The notes below the pieces were generated by a model. That model did not search any database. It was not told the origin of the DNA and saw only the letters and a program-made list of their open reading frames with translations. Of a stretch of DNA of 64,000 bases, positions 50,194-60,285 are shown one piece after another. This stretch comes from Bacteroidota bacterium (GTDB lineage: Bacteria; Bacteroidota; Bacteroidia; Cytophagales; UBA9547): positions 2,626 to 66,625 of the forward strand of contig RDZG01000069.1 of the NCBI GenBank assembly GCA_004293915.1, read 5' to 3'. The translations under genes and the position numbers were made by a program. Every line of letters begins with the position of its first letter. Positions within the stretch are counted from its first letter, which is position 1.

Positions 50194-50973
50194 ATGATAA
50201 ATTTCCTTCTATTTATAGCCAAACTTTTGCCTCTCAAACTCAGGAGTACGTACTATTATAGAGTATTTAGAAAAATTAAAGCCCTAGAAAATCAAGATTT
50301 TGAATCTATTTCATTGGTTTTTACAAAAGATGTAAAAATTACAGGTTTGAAAAGCGATTTAATTTCTCAGCATATTTTATGTACTGGTTACTATGAATTA
50401 AATCTTTCCAAATTAGTCCTAAGAATTGCTTAAGAAGGGGGTAATATGCTCGATGTAGGTGCTAATATTGGATATTTTAGTACTTTGTTTGCTTCACAAA
50501 AAGCTACAAATAAAGTATATGCCTTTGAACCATCGCCTAGGAATATTGCATTTTTAAATAAAAATATTCAAAAAAATAGTCTCAAAAACATTGAAATTGT
50601 TCCTCATGCGGTTGCAAATAAAAACGGAACTACTTATTTTGAAATAGGACCAGCAGAGCAAACAGGTTGGGGTGGTATAGCCGAAACTAAATCAAGTACT
50701 ACTCAAGAAGTAAAAGTTATGACGCTAGACTCTTTTCTGGAAAATAAAAATATCATTATTGATTTACTCAAAATAGATATTGAAGGACATGATTTAGAAG
50801 CCATTGAAGGAGCAATGAATTCAATTTTAACCAAAAAAATTAAACGAATTGTGTTTGAATATTATTCAGAGAAGAATGTGATGAACGAAGAAATTATAAA
50901 ACAAATCTTGTCAAACCCAGATTTCAAAATAAGTGAATTGGAGAACGGGAATTATTTATTAGAATGTCAATAG
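50194..50973 (+). pseudogene. FkbM-family methyltransferase interrupted by an in-frame TAA at 50431-50433
   Basis: ILCTGYYE..LRIA*EGGNMLDVGANIG..FEP..KIDIEG all in one frame. Confidence 0.85.
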
Positions 50974-51068
50974 TATTTTAGGATGGGCTAATTGTAATGG
51001 ACATTAATAAAAATGCGACTACTTTTATTCGTTTTATTATTAATTAAATATCACAGTCAATAATTAAA

Positions 51069-51356
51069 ATGAGAATTTCGAGAAATCAACAAGATTTTTT
51101 ATCTACATATTGGAATAAAATAGACAATTCTTGTTTAGTATATTTATTTGGTTCTCGAGCTGATGATACTAAAAAAGGTGGCGACATAGATATACTGTTA
51201 TTAACTGACAAAAAACTACATCACAGCCAAATATTTAAAATGAAACAATCTTTTTATTTACTTTTTGGTGAGCAAAAAATAGATATTATTAATTTTGAAA
51301 AAAATGAAGAAAATGCCTTTAAAAATTATATTTTAAGCTACGCAAAAATCTTATAG
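51069..51356 (+). CDS. MNT antitoxin (second, diverged copy)
   Basis: YLFGSRADDTKKGGDIDIL, GEQKIDI. Confidence 0.88.
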   Translation: MRISRNQQDFLSTYWNKIDNSCLVYLFGSRADDTKKGGDIDILLLTDKKLHHSQIFKMKQSFYLLFGEQKIDIINFEKNEENAFKNYILSYAKIL

Positions 51357-51363
51357 AATAGAT

Positions 51364-51813
51364 ATGAATAATTTATTTTTAATAGCTTATAAAGAATCGT
51401 ACAAAAAATTTGAAATTGCAATGTTAGGGCTTCAAACATCATTTGAGCATTGTCAAAAAATAGGAATAAAACCAAACTATACTTTTGAAGAAACAGAAGC
51501 TTTTGATGCACTAATCATAAAATTGACAAGAAATTCGGATATTTTTTTTCAACAAATTATTAAAGGATATTTTAAACTTAAAGGCGAAGATCGACTTTTG
51601 TTTATTGATAGATTAAATTTGCTTGAAAAAATGGAGGTCATCACAAATACCGATGAACTTTTAAGTCTTAAAAGTTTTAGAAATCAAGCTGTACATGAAT
51701 ATTCTTATGTCGATTTTCAATCGTTGTATGAAGAAGCACTTGTTTTGACTCCAGTTTTAAAAAAATCAGCACATCTTTTTTTTGAACATTTAAAAAAAGA
51801 TAATGTATTATAA
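51364..51813 (+). CDS. HEPN-domain RNase toxin (second)
   Basis: FIDRLNLLEK, RNQAVHEY (Rx4HxY). Confidence 0.82.
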   Translation: MNNLFLIAYKESYKKFEIAMLGLQTSFEHCQKIGIKPNYTFEETEAFDALIIKLTRNSDIFFQQIIKGYFKLKGEDRLLFIDRLNLLEKMEVITNTDELLSLKSFRNQAVHEYSYVDFQSLYEEALVLTPVLKKSAHLFFEHLKKDNVL

Positions 51814-51816
51814 TTA

Positions 51817-52104
51817 ATGGAAATCGAAGAAAAAAAGAAATATCTTAAAAAAGCATTTTGGGATAGACAAATCTCTGGCGATGAATTATTGGCTATTTTA
51901 GAAAAAAGAATGGAAGCAAGCCATGATGTAACTTTACCCAAATTGTACGTGCGTTTGTTGGAAACATATAATTGGTACACAATTTTAAATTTAATTTCAT
52001 ATGACCAAAGAATAGAAATTGTTTCTGAAAAATTCACAAATAAAATATGGAACAAACCAATAAGGACTAGATTTGAATATGCAAGAAGATTATTATCAAA
52101 GTAA
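51817..52104 (+). CDS. Small FWD-motif protein, putative partner of AbiEii
   Basis: KAFWD..LYVRLLE...WY; overlaps the AbiEii start. Confidence 0.6.
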   Translation: MEIEEKKKYLKKAFWDRQISGDELLAILEKRMEASHDVTLPKLYVRLLETYNWYTILNLISYDQRIEIVSEKFTNKIWNKPIRTRFEYARRLLSK

Positions 52105-52753
52105 ATTATATCCTCTTCAGGATAAAGTTTTAAAAATAATTGAACATAATGGTACTGATTTTTATCTTACTGGTGGCACTGCAATTAGTAGAGCTTATTT
52201 CAATCACAGATTTTCAGATGATTTAGATTTTTTTGTAAATCATAATCCAGATTTTTTGAATGAATTTAAGAGTATCTATAGCTTGTTTAAAGATTTTGAC
52301 ATAAAAACATCAACTTTATCTGAATCATTTGCTAGGGTATTTATTACAGAAGGTGATTGTGTATTGAAAATGGATTTTGTAAACGATGTTAAGTTTAGAA
52401 AAGGAGAAGTAATTCCAACACCACTATTTTATAGGACAGACACTGTTTTAAATATCTTAAGCAATAAAATATCCGCACTTACTAGAGATGAACCTAAAGA
52501 CATTTCAGATATTCTGGTTATTTCTAGCAATACTAATTTTAATTGGATAGAAATTATAGATGATGCCAAAAATAAAGACATGAGTGTGGATGAGCTTGAA
52601 ATTGTAAAAACGTTGACAAATTTTGATATAAATCGCTTGAAATCTATACATTGGTTATATGATATTGATATATTTAAAATGGAAAATCAACTTAATATTA
52701 TCATCCAAGATATACTTATGGGTAGTCAAAACTCCCTTTGTTTAACATATTAA
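52073..52753 (+). CDS. AbiEii-family nucleotidyltransferase (second)
   Basis: LYPLQD, FYLTGGTAISRAYFNHRFSDDLDFF, NKISAL..DEPKDISD. Confidence 0.9.
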   Translation: MNMQEDYYQSKLYPLQDKVLKIIEHNGTDFYLTGGTAISRAYFNHRFSDDLDFFVNHNPDFLNEFKSIYSLFKDFDIKTSTLSESFARVFITEGDCVLKMDFVNDVKFRKGEVIPTPLFYRTDTVLNILSNKISALTRDEPKDISDILVISSNTNFNWIEIIDDAKNKDMSVDELEIVKTLTNFDINRLKSIHWLYDIDIFKMENQLNIIIQDILMGSQNSLCLTY

Positions 52754-52787
52754 TACGAAATTCACTATTTTTGTAAAAAACTAAAAA

Positions 52788-53000
52788 ATGAATATTCAAA
52801 GGCATAATTTGACGCAGCCACAAATAGAATTTGTGAAATTTTTAGGAAATAGAAACATCTCAGATCAAGAAATTGGAGATATAAAGCGATTAATTTCTCA
52901 TTATTATATCATAAAAGCAGATTTGTTGATGGATAATATTTGGCAAGAAAAAGGACTTTCCGAACAAAAAATTATTGAAATATTAAATGCTGTTTTGTAA
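52788..53000 (+). CDS. Putative antitoxin upstream of the PIN toxin
   Basis: 70 aa, LTQPQIEF..IKRLIS....D..W; TATTTTTG promoter-like site just upstream. Confidence 0.65.
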   Translation: MNIQRHNLTQPQIEFVKFLGNRNISDQEIGDIKRLISHYYIIKADLLMDNIWQEKGLSEQKIIEILNAVL

Positions 53001-53006
53001 ACTATT

Positions 53007-53426
53007 GTGAGAATTGTATTAGATACTAACTGTTTGCTAGTAATTGTTCCTAAGCAATCACAATTTAGAGCATTATTTGATTATATTTTATCAGGAAAAC
53101 TTGAAATGGTTATTACTACAGAAATACTATTTGAGTATGAAGAGCAACTTTCATTGTTTTATTCGCCAGAATATGCAAAACTAGTTGTTAACGCTATTTG
53201 CAATTTGCCAAATACAAAAGAAGTGAATCCCATCTATTTCAATTGGCTTTTAATACAAAATGATAATGATGATAATAAATTTGTGGATGCTTACATTGCA
53301 GGACAAGCGGAATACATAATCACAAATGATAAACATTTTCAAGAACTTTCAAAAATTGAATTCCCAAAAGTATCTTGCATTAAGCTTAAAGATTTTATGA
53401 ATTTAAAAATAACACATAACTTATAA
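53007..53426 (+). CDS. PIN-domain toxin (VapC-like)
   Basis: IVLDTN, EILFEYEE, DDNKFVDAY, ITNDKHF. Confidence 0.9.
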   Translation: MRIVLDTNCLLVIVPKQSQFRALFDYILSGKLEMVITTEILFEYEEQLSLFYSPEYAKLVVNAICNLPNTKEVNPIYFNWLLIQNDNDDNKFVDAYIAGQAEYIITNDKHFQELSKIEFPKVSCIKLKDFMNLKITHNL

Positions 53427-53438
53427 TTCATAATTATT

Positions 53439-54692
53439 TTGTCAAACATAGCCATACAAGTAGAAAATTTAAGTAAAGCCTATCAGTTAGGAGAAATTGG
53501 AACTGGAACTATTTCTCGTGATATCGAGCGGTGGTGGGCAAAAATGCGTGGCAAAGAAGATCCTTTTCTAAAAATTGGACAAACTAATGATCGCACCCTT
53601 AAAGCAGGAGAAAGCGATGTGGTTTGGAGTTTGAAAGACATCAATTTCGAAATAGAGCAAGGACAAGCCGTTGGCATCATTGGTAGAAATGGGGCAGGGA
53701 AAAGTACATTACTAAAAATATTGAGTAGAGTGACTTCTCCTACAACAGGGAGCATAAAACTGAAAGGAAGAGTAGCATCGTTGCTAGAAGTGGGTACTGG
53801 TTTTCATCCTGAACTCACTGGCAGAGAAAATATTTTTCTCAATGGTGCAATTTTAGGAATGCGAAAAGCTGAAATTATACGAAAATTTGATGAAATTGTG
53901 GCTTTTGCAGGCGTAGAACGCTATATTGATACTCCTGTAAAACGCTATAGTTCAGGGATGTATGTACGTTTGGCTTTTGCAGTAGCTGCTCATTTGGAAA
54001 GTGAAATATTAATTGTAGATGAAGTACTTGCCGTAGGCGATGCCGAGTTTCAAAAAAAATGCCTGGGCAAAATGGGCGATGTAAGCAAGAACGAGGGGAG
54101 GACGGTGCTTTTTGTGAGTCATAATATGGATGCAATAAAAGGAACTTGTACTAATTGTATTTTATTAAATAAAGGTAAATTGACCAAATATAGTAATACT
54201 GCAGATACAATAAATGAATATCTATTTAGTAAAAATTCTACTCTAATTTCAAATAGCAATTCATCAATAAAGCTTAATGAATTAGTAGAAATAGAATATT
54301 TTTATCTTTCAAGTCATTCTATAGAAAGTTTTGAAGAATTGAGGTATGATTTTAAACTAGCAAACAAAGAAGCCAATAAATTTCAATCAATTGTAATATT
54401 AATTTCCGATGAATTTAATCACAGAATCGCAATAGCAGACTTACGACATCAAGAATTATTCAAAGATTTCAAGCATGGAGAATCATTAAGTATATCAGGC
54501 ACGATTAATCAAATCCCATTAATTGCTGGTACATATTCAATAGGTATCTATATTGAATCACTCTTATTTTCTGGAAATATTTTTGGAATAGTACAGTTTG
54601 AATTACAAGAAAAACTAAATGATATTGTTCTATATGATAAAAGTGTAAGAGGAAAAATTAACTTAAAACATCATTTTAAATTTGCAAGATGA
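53439..54692 (+). CDS. wzt: Polysaccharide ABC exporter ATP-binding protein with C-terminal domain
   Basis: GRNGAGKSTLLK, GFHPELTGREN, KRYSSGMYVRLAFA, VDEVLAVGD, VSH. Confidence 0.95.
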   Translation: MSNIAIQVENLSKAYQLGEIGTGTISRDIERWWAKMRGKEDPFLKIGQTNDRTLKAGESDVVWSLKDINFEIEQGQAVGIIGRNGAGKSTLLKILSRVTSPTTGSIKLKGRVASLLEVGTGFHPELTGRENIFLNGAILGMRKAEIIRKFDEIVAFAGVERYIDTPVKRYSSGMYVRLAFAVAAHLESEILIVDEVLAVGDAEFQKKCLGKMGDVSKNEGRTVLFVSHNMDAIKGTCTNCILLNKGKLTKYSNTADTINEYLFSKNSTLISNSNSSIKLNELVEIEYFYLSSHSIESFEELRYDFKLANKEANKFQSIVILISDEFNHRIAIADLRHQELFKDFKHGESLSISGTINQIPLIAGTYSIGIYIESLLFSGNIFGIVQFELQEKLNDIVLYDKSVRGKINLKHHFKFAR

Positions 54693-55456
54693 AAAAAATA
54701 ATCAAATACTATATTTTCAATTTATTAGGTTACTTTAAATATTTTAATTGTAAAGTTTTTTTTCCAAGAAATTCATTGATTTTTAAAATTTGTATTGAAC
54801 AAGGAATTTATGAAAAAAGAATCTTAGATATTATTGCAATTTATAGTAATAAAGGAATTGTTTTAGATGTTGGAGCAAATATTGGATTGATTTCTGTTGC
54901 TATTTTAAGAATGTTACCTGAAATAAAAGTTTACTCTTTCGAACCTTCTAAGCATACTCTTCAATTTTTGTTAAAAACAAGGGGGGATAGCATCTATAAG
55001 ACAAGATGGGAAATAGTTGGTAAAGCAGTTGGAAATAAACTAGATGATTTGTATGTCATAAATGGGATTGATACAGATTCGGCATTTAATAAAATGACAA
55101 CTCAAGTTAATTCGGAAAATGAGGGCAATAAAGTAAGTCAAATAACTATTGACTCATTTTGGAATGAATTAGGTAGACCAAAGGTTGATGCAATAAAGAT
55201 AGATATAGAGGGTTATGATTTTTTTGCATTAAAGAGTGCTTTTAATTGTATAATTAGCTGTAAACCAGCCATAATCATCGAATGGACAACTGAATTAATA
55301 AGTGCAAATCAAGTGACAGATGAAATGTTAATAGATTTTTGTAAAGAAATAAATTATAATTTATACACTTTGAATTCCTTTAATAAGGTAGGAAATATTA
55401 ATGAATTTAAACTGGCAAAATTATTAGATATTAATTTTTTATTAATTGCCAATTAA
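54689..55456 (+). CDS. FkbM-family methyltransferase
   Basis: LDVGANIG, FEPS, IKIDIEG. Confidence 0.9.
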   Translation: MKKIIKYYIFNLLGYFKYFNCKVFFPRNSLIFKICIEQGIYEKRILDIIAIYSNKGIVLDVGANIGLISVAILRMLPEIKVYSFEPSKHTLQFLLKTRGDSIYKTRWEIVGKAVGNKLDDLYVINGIDTDSAFNKMTTQVNSENEGNKVSQITIDSFWNELGRPKVDAIKIDIEGYDFFALKSAFNCIISCKPAIIIEWTTELISANQVTDEMLIDFCKEINYNLYTLNSFNKVGNINEFKLAKLLDINFLLIAN

Positions 55457-55459
55457 TTA

Positions 55460-56383
55460 TTGAAATACTCAATCTCGTATATAATTTCTACCAGGAATCG
55501 TTTATCTTTTCTTAAAATCACTCTTGGACAATTAATTTCTGAATTGCAAGAGGATGAAGAAGTTGTAGTAGTAGATAGTAACAGCACAGATGGGGCAAAA
55601 GAATATTTAGAAAATCTTTACAATGACAATAAAATTCACCAGTTTATTTCAGAATCTGATAGAAACCAAGCCCATGGCTGGAATAAAGCCATGTTGATGG
55701 CAAAAGGTGAAATTATTAAGAAAGTCATAGATGATGATTTGATTTGCTTATCTGCAGTGAGATTGTGTAAAGATTTTATGTTCAACAATCCAGAAATAGA
55801 TATTTGCATATCAAATGATATGAGTGTAACTCTTGGCAATAAGGTGGAAGATATTGGTTTTCATTCTAGATTGAACCAATTTAAAGACTGGAAAGCAGGT
55901 AAAAGCAAGTCGTTTTCGTTTGGTGATGTTCACATGCTAATAAGAAAAACAAGTTTACCTTATATTGGACTTTATGATACAAGTTTTACAATGATGGACT
56001 GGGAATATTCGTTAAGAATTTCATATTTGAGAGCAAATATAGCCTACTACACTGGTTTTAATGCACTGAGTATAAGTCACGGAGCTTCTATTAGTTCTAA
56101 TACCTCTCAAAAAAAATTAAAACTTGAATCCAAAAGAGCATGTCCCATGTATGAGTATGCTGGAGATGCATCCCAAATTAGTTTTTGGTCTAAAATTAAA
56201 ATTTTTATCGGAAAGTATATTTTATTTAGATTTAAAAAAAATAAAACAATAGTTAGTGAGGAAATTTTATCTATTCAAGATATTAATAATTTTTATGGCA
56301 ATTATCAGAACTTTCTAATTGAATATAATAAGGACAATGTTAATATTTTTTCATTTGAAAAATCACAATTGAATATCTCTTGA
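55460..56383 (+). CDS. Glycosyltransferase family 2
   Basis: ISYIISTRNR, VVVDSNSTDG, WNKA, DDD. Confidence 0.85.
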   Translation: MKYSISYIISTRNRLSFLKITLGQLISELQEDEEVVVVDSNSTDGAKEYLENLYNDNKIHQFISESDRNQAHGWNKAMLMAKGEIIKKVIDDDLICLSAVRLCKDFMFNNPEIDICISNDMSVTLGNKVEDIGFHSRLNQFKDWKAGKSKSFSFGDVHMLIRKTSLPYIGLYDTSFTMMDWEYSLRISYLRANIAYYTGFNALSISHGASISSNTSQKKLKLESKRACPMYEYAGDASQISFWSKIKIFIGKYILFRFKKNKTIVSEEILSIQDINNFYGNYQNFLIEYNKDNVNIFSFEKSQLNIS

Positions 56384-57387
56384 AAAAGAACATTAAACTT
56401 CAATTCCGAAATGGATTAAATCTAGAAACTTTCAAAAAAGAAGTTTTTGATGTTAATAAAATATCTGAATCATATCAATTCGAAGAATCCAATCAACCTG
56501 ATTTTATTATTTTTGGACCTTATGGAAACCATATTCCATCCAAATCATATAAATATAAACGTATAGGTTATTTTTGTGAAAACATAGTTCCTGATATGAA
56601 TACTTGTGAATTTGGATTTGGCATGATGAGGGAAGAAAGCATTAAAAATCCAAACTATTTCCACATTCAATGGCATGGTTTCAATCCAGAAAAGCTTATT
56701 AAAAGCACTGATGTTGATTATGACAAGATAATCGATTCAAAAACCAAATTTTGTAACTTTATTTATTCTCACAAAGTCTCATATAGAGAACGTTTTTTTG
56801 TCCAACTATCTAGATACAAAAAGGTAGATGCTCCTGGTAAGTCAATGAATAATATTTCGTCTATTGATGCTTTATACCCTGAAAATAGATGGAGAGCTAA
56901 ACGACTTTTTCAATTAGATTATAAATTTACTCTGGCTTTGGAAAACTATTCATACCCTGGTTATCAAACAGAAAAATTATATGATAGTATGCTATCTGAT
57001 ACAATACCTATTTATGTTGGTGATCCTTTAGTTGGTGAATTATTTAATACTCAAAGTTTTGTATCTTTATATAATCATGAGGAATCATCTTTCATAATCA
57101 AAAAAATAGAAGATTTTGCTCAGTTTAGTTTTACTGATATACTTCCTACATTCCATAAGCTACCCCAACATCGTATAAGTAGAAAACTTAAATCTGTTTT
57201 AAGAGATTATAAAATGAAATTGTTAATGGATAAGTATATGGATAGTATTATCGATACAATTATAGACATAGATAAAAATGATGAGAAGTATTTGAAAATG
57301 TTCACTGAGCCATGGTTGAAAAACAACAATGTTCCTGAAAATAGCTATTCTGATAATCATTGGAAGAAAATCTTTGAAGGATCATGA
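56380..57387 (+). CDS. Glycosyltransferase family 10 (alpha-1,3-fucosyltransferase-like)
   Basis: KFCNFIYS, RERFF, YKFTLALENYSYPGYQTEKLYD, IPIY.G. Confidence 0.85.
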   Translation: MKKNIKLQFRNGLNLETFKKEVFDVNKISESYQFEESNQPDFIIFGPYGNHIPSKSYKYKRIGYFCENIVPDMNTCEFGFGMMREESIKNPNYFHIQWHGFNPEKLIKSTDVDYDKIIDSKTKFCNFIYSHKVSYRERFFVQLSRYKKVDAPGKSMNNISSIDALYPENRWRAKRLFQLDYKFTLALENYSYPGYQTEKLYDSMLSDTIPIYVGDPLVGELFNTQSFVSLYNHEESSFIIKKIEDFAQFSFTDILPTFHKLPQHRISRKLKSVLRDYKMKLLMDKYMDSIIDTIIDIDKNDEKYLKMFTEPWLKNNNVPENSYSDNHWKKIFEGS

Positions 57388-58394
57388 ATCAAAAACCTTT
57401 AGTTTCAATAATTATACCATTGTATAATGCCGATAAATATTTGTCCGAAACAATTAAAAGCGTCATCAACCAAACCTATACTCATTGGGAACTTTTAATC
57501 ATAAATGATGGAAGTACTGATCAGAGCCTTGAAGTAGCTAGGAAATTTGTATCTGCTAAGATAAAAGTATTTGATCAAGAGAACAAAGGAGCAGGCGCAG
57601 CCCGAAATTTTGGGTTAAAGGAAGCAAAAGGTGAGTACATACAATTTTTAGATGCCGATGATTTACTGAGTTCAAATAAAATTGAGGTTCAAGTAAGACT
57701 GTTAGAAAATACATCTGAAAAAGTTGCAGTTTGTCCTACTGTTCATTTTTTTGATGGACAAGATCTTAGTTCAATTCATCCATCTGCTTATGAAAACTCA
57801 TTTCTTTTTTCTACTGGCAATACTTTTGAATTTTTGATTAACCTATATGGTGGCTCTAACAATAAAGGTTCAATGATTCAAACTAATGCTTGGTTAGTAC
57901 CAGCAAATCTAATAAAGAAGGCTGGAAATTGGGAAGAATTTTATTCACCTGATGATGATGGAGAGTTTTTTTGTAGGGTTCTATTGAGTGCAAAAGGCGT
58001 AGTTTATACACCTAATTGCAGCAATTATTATAGAAAATTCAAAAATGGGTCTTCATTAGCATCTACAAAAGAAAAAAGAGCACTTGAAGGAATTTTTAAA
58101 TCATTGATGCTAAAAAAAAAGCATTTGACTCTGAAATCAAATGATTCAAGAATTAATAAAGTAATAGCTAGGGCAGCCATTGAAATAGCCTATTTATCTT
58201 ATCCAAAGTACAAAGAATTAACAAATATTATCTTAAATGAAATAGAAGCTTTAGGAGGGACTAATTATATTCCAGTATTAGGTGGGAAAGTAGCCGAAAC
58301 TTTAAAGAAAGTATTTGGATGGAAAGTAGCAAAATACTTAATTGAGTTTAATATAAGTATAGGCACGAATTTTTTCGGCAAGTATGGAAAATGA
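57384..58394 (+). CDS. Glycosyltransferase family 2
   Basis: VSIIIPLYN, INDGSTD, NKGAGAARN, FLDADD. Confidence 0.92.
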   Translation: MNQKPLVSIIIPLYNADKYLSETIKSVINQTYTHWELLIINDGSTDQSLEVARKFVSAKIKVFDQENKGAGAARNFGLKEAKGEYIQFLDADDLLSSNKIEVQVRLLENTSEKVAVCPTVHFFDGQDLSSIHPSAYENSFLFSTGNTFEFLINLYGGSNNKGSMIQTNAWLVPANLIKKAGNWEEFYSPDDDGEFFCRVLLSAKGVVYTPNCSNYYRKFKNGSSLASTKEKRALEGIFKSLMLKKKHLTLKSNDSRINKVIARAAIEIAYLSYPKYKELTNIILNEIEALGGTNYIPVLGGKVAETLKKVFGWKVAKYLIEFNISIGTNFFGKYGK

Positions 58395-59343
58395 ATCTAA
58401 AAGCATAATTACAATTGCAACTGGTAAAGATATTTACATTCAAATGGCATGTAATTTGGCTATGTCTTTTTTATTATGGAATGTAAACAACAATATTTCT
58501 TTCTACTTAGTAACAGATAATAGCGAATCAGTTCCTGAATGTTTGAAAAATAAAATAAATATCATTCTAATAAATTCTGTGGACTACCCTACAGGATTTT
58601 CCATTAAACTATATTTAGATAAATTTATTCAAACCGATAAAAATCTCTTTATTGATTGTGATTGTCTTATTTACGGTAATTTATCTTACGTATTTGATTT
58701 ATTTGAAGGCAAAACAATGTCAGCAATTGGTGAAGAGTGGAATAAAGGTGAATTCTTTTGTTCAGTGGAAAAAATGATTAAAGTAATGAATATTCCCCAT
58801 ATGCCAGTCTTTGTAGGTGCTTTATATTATGTTCAAAAGTCTAATATCACTAGTCAAATATTTGAATTTGCACGCAAAACTCAAAAAAAATATGATGAAC
58901 TCGGATTTGTTAGATTAAGAGGAAAAGAAAATGAAGAACCGCTTTTATCTGTTGCAATGGCTAAGTTTAATCAAACTGTGATAAAAGATAATTTTCAGAT
59001 TAAAGCTGATATGATGTCTTTTACAGAGATTCAGTCAAATATAATAAATGGAAAAGCTCATTTATCAAATAATAATGGTAAATACCCGACTTGGCAAAAA
59101 TGTGATGAATCATTTCCTTTAATTGTTCATTTTAATTCATCTTTTACAGAAGGGTTTCAATACAAGACAGAAATATTCAGACTTAAATTATACAGGAAAA
59201 TTAATTTAAAATTAATTACTAACGTGTTAGCAGGTGTGTTTTTGTATTTTCCAGGGAAATCAAAGCAAATATTAAAATCAAAGTTTAGACCTTTTTATCA
59301 TAAGTTGTTAGGTATTAGAACTTTACAGAACACAAACAGATAG
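58384..59343 (+). CDS. Putative GT-A fold glycosyltransferase (GT8-like)
   Basis: TIATG, LFIDCD (DxD), EEPLLS, IVHF. Confidence 0.6.
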   Translation: MENESKSIITIATGKDIYIQMACNLAMSFLLWNVNNNISFYLVTDNSESVPECLKNKINIILINSVDYPTGFSIKLYLDKFIQTDKNLFIDCDCLIYGNLSYVFDLFEGKTMSAIGEEWNKGEFFCSVEKMIKVMNIPHMPVFVGALYYVQKSNITSQIFEFARKTQKKYDELGFVRLRGKENEEPLLSVAMAKFNQTVIKDNFQIKADMMSFTEIQSNIINGKAHLSNNNGKYPTWQKCDESFPLIVHFNSSFTEGFQYKTEIFRLKLYRKINLKLITNVLAGVFLYFPGKSKQILKSKFRPFYHKLLGIRTLQNTNR

Positions 59344-59352
59344 CTTTATTAT

Positions 59353-59463
59353 ATGGTTTTATACCTATCATTTTTACAATCCGAAATTCCGCACCCTTTC
59401 CCAGCATATTCTTTTTGGGAATACTATATAAAAAAGAATTAAGGAGTCCAGGCATGAATGGGT
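59353..59463 (+). pseudogene. Relic 5' fragment of a homolog of the 60282 glycosyltransferase
   Basis: MVLYLSFLQSEIPHPFPAYSFWEYYIK versus MIVYLSFFQSKIPHPIPAYSFWEYYIK; then a 2-nt frameshift. Confidence 0.85.
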
Positions 59464-59520
59464 GTCATTTTTAAAGAATTATTATAAAGCAGGTTAATCT
59501 CTACTTAAAATAAGTCCCAA

Positions 59521-60285
59521 ATGAACATATTAGCAAAAATTATAAATTCAATAGAGTTTAGGCTTAAATACTATTTTAAGCATAAAGGAAGAAGAAATGA
59601 ATTAAAAAATACGATAGCAGCTAAGCTTTCGATCGCAGAAATTGACTCATTAGAACTTCTTCAAATTTGCAAAGCCGAAAGCATTGATGTCAAATGTATA
59701 TATGATATTGGTGCGAATATTGGTACATGGGCAATGCTTGCAAAAGCAGTATTTCCGAGTGCAAGTTTTGAATGTTTTGAGCCATTAAATTTACACTTTT
59801 CTGATTTTGAAAAAAACACAAAACTTCTTCAATATATTCATTTACATAAAGTTGCATTAGGAAACACGAACGCATTTCTTAATTTAAACATAACTTCACA
59901 ATCCGATTCATCAAGCATTTTACAACTAACAAAATTACAAACTGATGTATTCGGTATTAATAAAATAAAGGAATCGCGAGTCGAAGTAGTGATTTTAGAT
60001 GATTATATACTTAAACATAATATTGCATATCCCGATTTAATGAAACTTGATGTTCAAGGCTTCGAACTTGAAACACTCAAAGGAGCAAAAAAATGTATGG
60101 CGTATTGCAAATTTATAATATTAGAAGTAAGTTTTGTTGAGTTTTATGTAGGACAGCCATTGTTTGAAGAAGTAATTAATTTCATGTTTGAAAACAATTT
60201 TAAAGTAGTTTCTTTTGGATTTAATACAGCTACCGGCATTAAAATTTCTCAAACAGATATATTATTTAGAAACAAAAATATATGA
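59521..60285 (+). CDS. FkbM-family methyltransferase
   Basis: YDIGANIG, FEP, SSSIL, MKLDVQGFE, EVSF..FY.GQPLF, QTD. Confidence 0.9.
   Translation: MNILAKIINSIEFRLKYYFKHKGRRNELKNTIAAKLSIAEIDSLELLQICKAESIDVKCIYDIGANIGTWAMLAKAVFPSASFECFEPLNLHFSDFEKNTKLLQYIHLHKVALGNTNAFLNLNITSQSDSSSILQLTKLQTDVFGINKIKESRVEVVILDDYILKHNIAYPDLMKLDVQGFELETLKGAKKCMAYCKFIILEVSFVEFYVGQPLFEEVINFMFENNFKVVSFGFNTATGIKISQTDILFRNKNI

Noticed and set aside
50431-50433. In-frame TAA codons (here and at 193-195) as evidence of stop-codon recoding
   Set aside because: TAA terminates most conserved genes in the window at their expected ends
46372-53426. Integron cassette array as the explanation for the TA cluster
   Set aside because: Genes overlap or abut with no room for attC sites, no repeated GTTRRRY-bounded hairpins were seen, and there is no IntI
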